This document shows positions 11,426-21,965 of a DNA stretch of 64,000 nucleotides, one piece after another. The DNA is taken from assembly GCF_036971445.1 (NCBI RefSeq), contig NC_091475.1, positions 16,058,001 through 16,122,000 on the forward strand, given 5' to 3'. This DNA comes from Narcine bancroftii (Eukaryota). Numbering within the stretch: position 1 is the stretch's first letter; each line of letters opens with the position of its first letter. A program made the position numbers and the translations under genes. Under the pieces are notes generated by a model that searched no databases, had not been told where the DNA came from, and saw only the letters and a program-made list of their open reading frames with translations.

Positions 11426-13342
11426 GAGTATGTTTCCCCGTAGCGAAGTTCTGAATACCCTGGAAAGATCCAAAAATCAAACTTTTTTGTGGCCCCAACA
11501 TGACATCACAAGTTGAAAAAAAAAATCATCCGACCTGCCCATGTGGGCTCCGATGCTCTGTTGGCGCCATTTTCATAATAACAGAGCTCTCATGTACTGT
11601 ACAAAGATATATTTGCAAATGGCAAAAAGGTGTGCAGATAGCACTATGGATGTTAGTGAAAAGAAAAAGAGGAAGCGTTTATGTTTCTCTATGGAAAAGA
11701 AAGTTGAGCTGTTGGAGAAACTGGACATCGAATGGAAGAAAAACATTGCATAAAGCTAAAAGTGAAGATCTCGATCGTGTATTGATGGAGTGGATCCGAC
11801 AGCGTCACAGTGAACACGTGCCATTTTAATGGTTTGTTGATCATGAAACAAGTTAAGCTCTAATCATGATCTGAAAATTGAAGGGAACTGTGAATATTCA
11901 ACAGGCTGGTTGAGTAAATTTAGGAAAAGTCACGGCATTAAGTTGTTAAAAATTAGTGCTGATAAAGCATCTGCTGATCATGAAGCAGCAAAAAAATTTA
12001 TTGAAGAGTTTGCCAAGATCGTCGCTGGTGGAAATCTGATGCCAGAATAAGTCTATAATGTTGATGAAACATCACTGTTTTGGCGTTATTACCCCAAAAG
12101 AGCACTGGTTACAGCTGATGAGATAGGCACTACAGGATGCCAAGGACAGAATGCTGGAATGTGTTAATGCAGTAAGCACGTATAAGTGTAAGCTTGCTGT
12201 GATAGGCAAAAGCTTGCGTCCTCGTTTTAAAGGAGTGAATTTCTTACCAATCCGTTATTATGCAAAAAAGGCACGGGTCGCCAGGGATAGCTTTTCTGAT
12301 TGGTTTAACAAACATTTTGTGCCAGCGGGTCATGCTCACTGCAGGGAAGCTGGACTGGATGATGACTGCAAGATTTTTTTTTTATTCCTCGACAACTGTT
12401 CTACTCATCCTCCAGATGAAAATCTCATCAAACATAATGTTCATGTCATGTACCTCCCCCCAAATGTGACTTCCTTAATCCAGCCATGTGACCAAGGTAT
12501 CCTTAAATCAATGAAGTGTGAATATAAAAACACTTTCTTGAACAACATGCTGTCAGCAGTGAACAGAGGCTTTGGTGTGGTGGGTTTCCAAAAGGAGTTT
12601 ACAATAAAGGATGCCATTTATGCTGCTCCCAATGCTCGGAACAAAGTGACAAAAGACATAGTTGTACATGCCTGACACAATCTCTGGCCTCAGAGACGAT
12701 GATGAACAAGATGGGGATTTTGAAGGTTTCCGTATGTCAGCTGAGAAAAAAATGGTGTCTGATCTCCTTACATATGCATAAGATGTACGTTCAGAATCCA
12801 TCAGAAAGCTGAAAGTGGCTATTGAAGAAGTTTTTAACATCGATAATGAGGCCCCAGTTGTTCATTCATTGACTGATGATGAAATATCTGAAACAGTTCT
12901 GCACCAAGGTGAGCACGATGGAGATGATTTAGTTAACGTTGCAGAAAAAGTGCCTATAGATGACATGGTGAGAAGGTGTGATGGACTTATTGAAGGAGTA
13001 GAGCAGCGTGCATTCATAACAGAACAAGAAACATGTCCGTTTATAAAAACCAGAGAGACCATCCAAGACAAAAACCATTGTCAATGAGCCAGATGGCACT
13101 GGAGGAAACATTTGAAAAATCCATCGAGGAAAATAACTAGTGTTTGGTGCTGCGTTTATCTTATTTTGTAAACAGAGATCGTTGTTTTTTTTGTACGTAT
13201 TAAACATTATTTCGTGCTCAAAAAACCTGTGGGTGTTTTTTGCTGTTGTTGAACCGCTGATACAAATATTCCGCTGATGCCATTGTTTCGATAACTGAAA
13301 AACATCCGGCCCCAAGCGTTTTGGATACAAGGAAGCATACTG
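11426..13342 (+). mobile_element. Decayed Tigger/pogo DNA transposon with a Jerky/TIGD-like transposase pseudogene, in ATP5PO intron 4
   Basis: TA-flanked TIRs GAGTATGTTTCC / GGAAGCATACTG. Frameshifted transposase with psq-like KKKRKRLCFSMEKKVELLEKLD, CENP-B HTH (LDRVLMEWIRQRH...STGWL.KFRK.HGI) and DDE core (YNVDETSLFW, LFLDNCSTHP, LPPNVTSLIQPCDQGI). Stops and frameshifts present. Confidence 0.9.
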
Positions 13343-13524
13343 TATAGTCAATTCATAAAGATGTGCGTCATTTTTTAAAAAAAAACATTCAAATTATTTT
13401 TAAATAAAATTTAACCAGGTTATTATTCTCCTTGCTAATATTTATTTTGTTCGGTATTCTGTTGTTACAATTTAGCATGTGTTCCTAAATTAAAATTATT
13501 GTGAGACAACAATAAAGTACTTAC

Positions 13525-13654
13525 TGATCAAGTTGATCATAATTGGGGAAATTTTCTGTTTTGTCAAGACATCATTGACTGTTTTTTGCTTGATATTGCG
13601 CTTAACATGGGGATTGGTCAGCACTCCATAGAACTTGGAATCTTTCATTAATGA
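13525..13654 (-). CDS. ATP5PO: ATP5PO coding exon 4 (SLMKDSKFYGVLTNPHVKRNIKQKTVNDVLTKQKISPIMINLI)
   Basis: 130 nt, ttttccag|...|gtaagt. Ends in phase 1 and has OSCP-like NPxVKRxIK and SPxxxNLI. Confidence 0.96.
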
Positions 13655-14545
13655 CTGGAAAAGAATATGGAGATAAGATTAATTGAAGGAATCTAGAATG
13701 ACTAAAATAGCCAAAACACAGAAGTCACAGAACACTCAGTGCTTTAACATTGACAAACTACAAATGGGAAAATTTGAAATTCATTTTCATTCCTATGGGC
13801 ATGCGAAGTCGTCAAGTTAAAAAAAACCCTGTAAGCTATTGTTGATCAATTCCTGCCCAAGTGAAAGCAAGGCACTTACTTTCAAACATGACAATGAAAA
13901 TTAAGTGAAAGCCATTTGATAACAAATGCACAATTAAAGACTTTCCATTCACATGAATGGGCAATAAACCACCGACATGACCTCACTTTCTCTTCTTCTG
14001 CACTAATTTATTTTTAAGTGGAATTTATAGCAATATTTGCACCTGTAATACTGCCGCAAAACGAGTTTTGTGACCTGTTCGTGACAATAAGTTCTGATTC
14101 TTCTGAAATAAAACGGCTGGTTGGCAACATTAAATAGCAGGTAGAGTGGGAGGATGGGTCAGCTCATGATCAGAATGGTGAACAGACTCAATGGGCCAAT
14201 TTCTGCTCCTATTCTCGTAGAGAAAAGTTCGTTGGAATTGTCACATCTATGGTTCTCAAATCAACAACTGCTTCATGACAGAGAAGATGTTGAGATGTTT
14301 CCATCAGTGGAAGAATCCTGAATGGGGGATATAGTTACAAGATAAAGAGCAGTCCAATTAAAACTCTAGAAACAACATTTGGCCGAGTGTGGTGACGCTA
14401 TGGGATTCTGTATCCTTCAGGTTGAATTACTGGGAGCATTTAAAGATTACTTTTTAAAAGATCATTGAATTGAGGGCAGAAGAGGAAATGTAGCCTAGGG
14501 CACAGCAGCCACGATCATATTGAATGGTGGGAAGGCTACTCTTAA

Positions 14546-15189
14546 CACTAAAATCCCTTATATCTGGCAGACATGGAGATTGAAAGATGCCGAATAAGTG
14601 CATTTTTCAATTGCTCGAGACTTAATCTTGCAATGGCTTAACTAATACACCTGTATTAAGTATGAACAGTTTAAAGTACAATAATACTCTACTTACACTG
14701 AACAAACTTCACTTGCATGAATAAATAAACCTTAAAGCATTTTACTTTATTTTCAGTCACATCCTTTGAAAACGTTTCACTTTTACTGCATCTGCAGGTT
14801 CCCTCCTGTCAATGTAGCCGCCTGCTCTTAAGTTTACAGAGAAAGCCTCTGACCGTGCGTCTTTTAACTAAGCAGGGATATGGAGACACTTTAATAGTCA
14901 CCCAAATGGCGAGTGGCATCGACCAGCTCTACACCCTGGGTGACGCCATTTTATTCAAACACAACTTTATTCAAGCAGCTGGTACGAGCAAAACATGACC
15001 AAGGCTGAATATTTTCTCCCATCTTCACCAAAAATTTATGTATTACTTCATTTACTTTTCCAATTTTAAACTTATGTACTTTTTAAAAAAAACTATCATC
15101 TTATTCTTATTTATTTTAACTTTCATTATTTATTTTCTTTGATTTTCTTTTTGCTGGTTGCTTGAATTCCAAATACCTGGGCTTTACTG
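14546..15189. mobile_element. Tigger/mariner-type MITE
   Basis: Degenerate TIRs CACTAAAATCCC..TATCTGG / CCAAATACCTGGGCTTTACTG followed by TA. Confidence 0.45.
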
Positions 15190-15728
15190 TATTCTCTTTC
15201 TGTTATGCAAGCTCAGTTGTACAATTGTAAAACATTTACACAAGTATTAGGTGGTTCTACCTGTACCATTTTTAAAATGGTATTTTCAAATTCATCAATC
15301 AACTTTAAAATAACATTCTGAGTTGAAGTGTACATGACAATTAACCTGATCAATTTACATTTGATAGAAATACTTTCGAGCCAGACAATTTACAATATTA
15401 CATTTTAATTGAATGCATGTTTTTTGTTAAAGTAAGCCCTTTGAAGCTGCTTCTTTCCCCCCCACCCCCCCCCCCCCCCCACACCACTCCTCAGCTGAAC
15501 TCATTAGCCATGAGCAAGTACACCATTTCAGCCTTTGTCATTCAATACAGCTATTATGGGTGACAGAAGCATCTAAGTAATATTTTAGCACCAATTTTTT
15601 ACATCATGGTGAATCACATTTCATTAATTCTCTTGTATTTTAAAAGTGTAAAAACTATATGGAAGCTTCCAACACAAATTAATTTTTCTTTTATTAAATA
15701 TAAATCATAAAGCAAAAATCCAAATTAC

Positions 15729-15839
15729 ATTAATCTTCTGTAGTTCCTGCTCCACTTGGTCCAGTTTCTTCTGCTTGCTGGCAGCTGAGTACAAAGCAGT
15801 AGCATATCTACCTTCAATGCCATAGACTTGAATAGGTGG
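15729..15839 (-). CDS. ATP5PO: ATP5PO coding exon 3 ([37 protein letters not shown])
   Basis: 111 nt, ccag|...|gtaatt. Contains the hallmark OSCP motif [15 protein letters not shown]. Confidence 0.98.
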
Positions 15840-16945
15840 CTGGATGCAAAAACAATAGGTATTACATGGAGCATCTCAACTCAAACCCAAGGTCATGTAC
15901 AGTAAGAAAAATAAAAGCTGAACTCTAATATTACATTCATAATTAAAAGTTGTTTGGTATCCTTTTATTAATTCAAAAAAGTGACCAGTTCATCCTCAAC
16001 TGCCTCTGAACTGAGCAGCTTGTAAAGCCATTTAAGCAGGAAACTCAGATTCAACCATGTTACTATGGGTCTGAAGTCACATAAAAATGAGACTAGAAAT
16101 CAGTCACCCAAGAAAGAAGAAAATCATGGCACTTTCACACTTGACAAAGGCTTCAAAAGCAATTCACAAAAAGAAAATGAAAACATTTCCTCCATTCAGC
16201 CCAAATTTTAATTTTTATACATTTTTAATCTTAAATTTAGACATACAGCACAGTAACAGGCCCATTCGGCACACAAAATCGTGCCGCCCAATTATACTCA
16301 ATTAACCCAGAACCCCAGTTTTGAAGGATGGAAGAAAACCGGAGCACCTGGAGGAAACCCATGCAGACACGGAGAGAATGTATAAACTCCTTATAGTCAA
16401 TGCTGGATTCAAAGCTCAGTCCCAGTCGCTAGTGCTGCAAGACCATTGCACTAATTGCTACGCTAACCCTGCCACCCTATGCTTCTTGTTATGAATGACT
16501 GGAAAGTCTAATATGCGGCTGGGATAAATATGTGGGCCAAAATTGAATCATTAAGTTTAATTTTGAGATGCCACGTGGTAAATGGCCCTTCTGGCCTCTG
16601 GGTCTTTGCCGCCCACATACACGCGTGTGATCAAATAACATGCAAACCCTGTATGTCTTTAGAATGTGAGAGGAAACTGAAGCAGCTGGAGGAAACCCAT
16701 TTGGACATAGGGAAAATGTATATACTCCTTACACTGGCAGATTCAAACTCCGGTCGCTTGTGCAGTTAATAGTGTTACGACAATCCCTACGCTAACCATG
16801 TCGCTCACAAATAACCAGGAAGCAATCTTACAGAAGGAAGACCATGAGACCAATGTAATTATGCAAAATTTATCTCTTACAAAACTACATTTCTAATGAC
16901 TTTACCAAACTTTAAAAGCTTTGAAATGTATTTGAAATTTTATAC

Positions 16946-16996
16946 CATAACTAATTTGCTTGCTGGGTTGACCACCGAGGTGCTGAAGGAACGAGC
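16946..16996 (-). CDS. ATP5PO: ATP5PO coding exon 2 (ARSFSTSVVNPASKLVM)
   Basis: 51 nt, ttttag|...|gtataa. Matches the OSCP presequence motif RxFSTSVV. Confidence 0.93.
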
Positions 16997-17790
16997 CTAA
17001 AAATGTTAAGAGAAATATACATCAGATTTAGTTCACATTTGTTAATTTGCATTATCAAATATGGAAACAAAAACACTGCATATGATGTGAGGCATCAAAC
17101 CAAATAAAATATTGGGATACATCAAGCTCGCGTGCAGAAAAGAAACTGCAAGGATGTTGTGTGGATCTCAGATATGAATTCACTGATTTTGGTTTTGGAA
17201 GATAGAATTTTCATTGTACAGTATCAAAAAATTGTTCCCAATAGATTTGAAAGATCCCTATTGTCACACAAACTCTTAAACTTGGTTAAGTTAGATAACT
17301 TACCTTTACTGCAGTCCATTAAACATTAAAACCAGATCAGTGTTTTGACTGAAAGCAAATTACATTGATCAACTTTTTAAAATTTGCTTTTTATTCTGTA
17401 CTCACTAGGTTTTTTAGTCATTTACATAACTGGAAATTGAAACCCCTTTACTCCTCTCAAGAAAATATTTTATTTTCGCTTTGTCTGATCTCAAGTGGAA
17501 TAACGAACGTCCTCAGTAATTATTTCCAAAATAGATAAATAACCAGGATATACAAGTCCCCATTCCTTCATCCAATACATAGGGGAAAGCATGCTGTTCC
17601 AGTAACAATCTCCGGAACAAGGTAGGCAATTGAAGAACAAATCCTTTATACCTAATCTTTTCCAAAAATCACTTATCAATTCACTGATTTCTGGTGATTT
17701 TAGAGAAGGCAGCAAGGGTCAGTGCACACGTGAAACAGCAGGGATTACATCCAATTCACTATCTCATGTTCGGTAATGATAACAAGTTTA

Positions 17791-18134
17791 CAGGTGGTCC
17801 CCGACATACGTCTTGAGTTCTGTTCTGACCGATCGGTCAGATGTCGAGATGGACGCAAGTTGGATGTGTTACTCTGGGCCTGCGCTCACCTCCCTCACTG
17901 GTTCTGCCACTACCTTCGTATCCCAAAAAACAAAATATGTAAGGCGGCAGCTATGTCTCAATGCCCTCCTGGTGAGTGGCCACTGACATGTTGATCCGTT
18001 AAAATAAACAGCCCCTAGATCTGCATAAGTTTTGTATTTACATATGTTTTCTTTATTGTTAAAAATTTATACAGGGGGTTGGTCGTATGTATGGATGGTC
18101 GTAACTAGCATAGGTCATAAGTAGGGGACGTTTG
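17791..18134. mobile_element. Tigger-type MITE
   Basis: TA|CAGGTGGTCCCCGACATACG ... CATAAGTAGGGGACGTTTG|TA. Confidence 0.6.
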
Positions 18135-18949
18135 TATTGTCATATACATTGTAAATATGCACCAAAATTCTTGCTTGATGCAACCGAACAGGCACTTCAT
18201 AAAAAAAAACACAATGAATAATTCAAATAAAGAAGGGTCAATCAAAACAAAGGATACATCAATAAATATGCAGTTATCCAATTGTAAGAAAAATAAAGAC
18301 TTTAGTGCAGACAGTTCTTTTGTAGTATTACAGCAGTCATTGAGAAATGTAATAAGGGGAGGTTCAAGAACCTGATAGCTGTTGCAAAGAAACTAACCTC
18401 TGTTTGCTATCTTTTGTAGCCATCTGCATTCCTGAACAATCAAATTACCAAACAGGACTGTGATGCAACCAGGGGACAAAAATCTGGTAGTCTTAACATT
18501 AGTCACCAAGGCACATTCCACAATGCATCTGTGAAAGATTTATATGGAGTATTTGATGACATGCTAAATCATTCCTTATTCCTTAGAAAGTAGAGGTGTT
18601 TACATGGAGGTGAGGGGGTCAGAGGGTTATTGGCGGTGAGCGAGAGGTTTGAGCTAGTGGAGTTGTTCTAGTGAACCGGTGCGGACTCGAAAGGCTGACA
18701 TGGCCTGTTTCCGCTCTGTAAATGGTTATATGGTTATGGTTAAATGGAGCAGATCATCCCTCCCCGAGATGTGGGATTGGCGGAATGAGAGGACGAGGAG
18801 CATGTTGCGCAAAGAGAAGGCGGCGAGGACAGGTAGGGAAGGCGAAGTGGATGCCGTGGCAGTGGCAAGGGATGATTGTGGGGTGAAGGGTCGAAGTAGG
18901 TAAATTTTAATGGGGGAGGGCAATTTCAGTGCTTACCCTAGGCACTATT

Positions 18950-21350
18950 CTCCCTAAATACACCACTGCTCTTGTACTCAGTGCCCTTACCAGGCAAAAG
19001 TGCAAATCACTCTCTTTGCCACTCTCATGGAACTCTGTACCTTATACCCCAAGTTTCTCAGGACCCTATCATTCATCATGCATGACCTGCCCTGCTTTAA
19101 CCTACCAAAGTGCAATTCCTCATACTTGTCCAAGTTAAGATCTTGGCCCACTTTCCTAGTTTCTTTTCCTAGATGCTGTTGTAATTTTACATAATCTTTC
19201 TCACCGTCCACGTACCACAAAATCTTGTGTCATTCACAAATTAATTAATCATGCTAACTATGTTTTCATCAGTCATTATCTAGATGACAAAAAGTGGACC
19301 AACCACTGAACCCTGTGGCACAGGCCTCCATTACCTCTTTCCAACCATCAAGTCGAACCTGTATCCAACTCGCCCTAAATCCCATGCAATCTAATCTTTC
19401 AGACCAGTCTACCATGCAGGACCTTGTCAAAGGCTTATGTGGCTAACATCTACTGTCCAACCTCATCAATCCTTTTCACCTCTTAAAATTCAATCAAATT
19501 CATCAAATATGATTTCCCATACATAAAGCCATGCTGATTGTCCCTCTACAGTCTTTCCAAATGCAGGTAGATCCATCCTCTCGGAATTCTCTCTGGTGAC
19601 TAATGTTAAGACTACCAGATTTTTGTCCCCTGGCTTGTCCCTGATGGCTATTCTTAAAGAAAGGCACATTATTCACCCTCCAGTCTTCTGGCACTTCGCA
19701 CGCGCTTAGTTTCTTTCTTTCTCTTCCAATAATTCCTTGGCTACACGATCAGGGCCCAGTTATTTACTTTAATGCATTTTAAGATCCTCAGCACCTCCTC
19801 ATCTGTAACATTGTCTCTCTCCAAGATATCGCTATTTACTTCCCCAGGGTTACTTGCCTCCATGTCTTTCTCCTGGGTAAATGCAGTTGAAAATTGCCCA
19901 TTCAGGGCCTCATCTTGGCTCCACATATTGATCCGTACAGGCCTTATTCTTTCCTTGGTTTCTCTTTTGCCTGGAATATACTTGTGAAATCTCCTTAGGA
20001 TTCTCCTTAACTTTATCTACCAGAGGCATCACCTTCTATCCCTCTTATGAATTCCTATATCCTTTAAACTGCTTCAAGGGTTTCAGTTGATTTCAACAGT
20101 TCATAACTAACATATGCCTCCTTTTCCTTGACCAGATTCTCAACATCGCAGGTCGTCCAGGGTTCTCCAATTCTCCAAATTTTGCTCTTCATTCCAGCAG
20201 GAATAAGCTTTCCCTATCTCCCTTTTAAAAGAAGCCTACTTGCTACATGCCCCTTTACCTGTAATTAACATCTCCCAATCAATTTTTGTAAATTCCTGTC
20301 TTATGCCATCAAAATGTGCCTTGTGAGCAAGTCCTTTTTTTTTCCATAACTAAAGGTTATAACTGGTCCCTACTGATCAGTTATGAAAAAAAAAGGACTT
20401 GCTCACAAGGCAGAGTCCCAATCGAAACAAGGCACATTTTGATGGCATAAGACAGGAATTTACAAAAATTGATTGGGAGATGTTAATTTAACAAATTCCA
20501 TCCCATCTTTGCCTTGTAGGTTGTCAGATTCCTGGTCCATAAGAGGGAAGTTTAAAATCACCTGCTAGAAAAACCTTATAATTCCTACAGCTGTCTGTGA
20601 TCTACTGACACATTTCCTAACTATGGGTGGGGGCAGGGGGGGGGGGGGGCGCAGGTTAGAATACAACCCTAAAGTATCCATTCCTTTGGCTCACTGGGTG
20701 ATCCCCAAGAATATTCATTCTGAGTACTGCTTTGATGATTTCCTTAATTAAAAATCCAATACCCCCACTTCACATACCTCCACTATCTTGTCAGTAGTCA
20801 AAGTACCCTGGAACATTGAGGTGCCAGTCATGAATCTCACAACCACATTTCTTTTCTTGCTATAATATTCTAGACCAATTTGACTAACCATGCACCAAGT
20901 TCACCCTCCTTACCTGATCTGCTCCGGAATTAAAATAAATGCAGTCAAGTCTGTCAGACTTTGAGTTATTTGACTTGACCCTGCCTGTCACGTCTATCAA
21001 ATTTAACATCCAAGTTAACCTCAGCTTGTTCAACTGATACACTAATGTTTTGTATCCATTCCCTGCCAGATCAATTTATATCCCTTCGAGTAACATCTCC
21101 CTGCAGAATACTGGCATGCCTCTGTTTCAGGTTCAACCTGACCCTCTTGTACAAGTCCCTGAAAGAAAGTCTAATGATCCAAGAACCCAAATCCCTTTCT
21201 GCTGCGCAGACCCATAGTCACATCTTTAACTGTGCCACATGGCATCTCTAGCAATGTGGCACAGGGAGCAATCCTGAGATTTTAACCCAGAGCTTCTGAG
21301 CTCCTTAAATTCTCCTTGCAGGTCTCTCGTATCCTGCCCATGTCGTTGGT
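18950..21350 (-). mobile_element. Degraded CR1-type LINE in ATP5PO intron 1
   Basis: Minus-strand remnants PEDWRV.N..PFFK, EALNGQFSTAFT, V.DEEVLRILKCIKV, AFDKV-like and LHFGR. Many stops. Confidence 0.75.
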
Positions 21351-21782
21351 ACCAACATGGACCGCCACCCCTGGATGCCCACTCCCCCCTTCAGCAGGTC
21401 TGCTCCGACAGCTGATTTACAACAGAACAACTTGGGGTGCCAGTGCTGCGATTTTCCTCTGAAAGGTGACCCACTCCCAGCAAAATCCATGATGGGAGTG
21501 GGTAGCCTTTGAAGAGGGGAATTGCAGCCTGGGGCTCCTCTCCCTGGCTGCCCCTCCCTTCAATCTGCGTGAAGCTGAGAATTGCTGAACCGACTTGATA
21601 TAACCATACCTTGTCAAATCCCACTCTGGTAAATGTGACCCCCATTACAGTCAACATGACTGCCAAGCCACTACTCAAAGCAGATTCAATTGAAATGGTA
21701 AAAGATGAACGATATTTAACAATCAATCTTCCATTCACAACGCATCAAAATGAACTGAATTAAAACCCTCTTCCTCCTTCAC

Positions 21783-21812
21783 CTTCAGACCAAATCTCAC
21801 TGGCGCAGCCAT
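21783..21812 (-). CDS. ATP5PO: ATP synthase peripheral stalk subunit OSCP, coding exon 1 (MAAPVRFGLK)
   Basis: Minus strand reads gaaaATGGCTGCGCCAGTGAGATTTGGTCTGAAG|gtgaag. It resembles the vertebrate OSCP N-terminus (MAAP...), is phase 0 and sits next to a GC-rich promoter. Confidence 0.88.
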
Positions 21813-21965
21813 TTTCTTTCCCCCTCCGAGGTAGGTCAGCCCAAGGCCGGAGCTGCGCACGCGCAGTTGTCCCGGGGCATGACGGGGAGATTGGGGGGCG
21901 GAGGCGCATGCTCGCTCAAGCGGAGACTCCAGTCCCCAGAAGGCGCCGGCCCGGATGCAGAAGGG
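21805..21965 (-). promoter_or_regulatory. ATP5PO GC-rich promoter
   Basis: CpG-rich patch with NRF1-like TGCGCACGCGCA (21854-21865) and GCGCATGCTC (21904-21913), a GC box GGGGGCGG (about 21894-21901), ATTGG/CCAAT (21890-21894), an AGGTCA half-site (21833-21838) and a YY1-like AAAATGGC over the ATG. These motifs are typical of nuclear-encoded mitochondrial genes. Confidence 0.75.

Noticed and set aside
12151-12675. Intact TIGD/JRKL host gene
   Set aside because: Multiple frameshifts and stops plus flanking TIRs show a decayed transposon.
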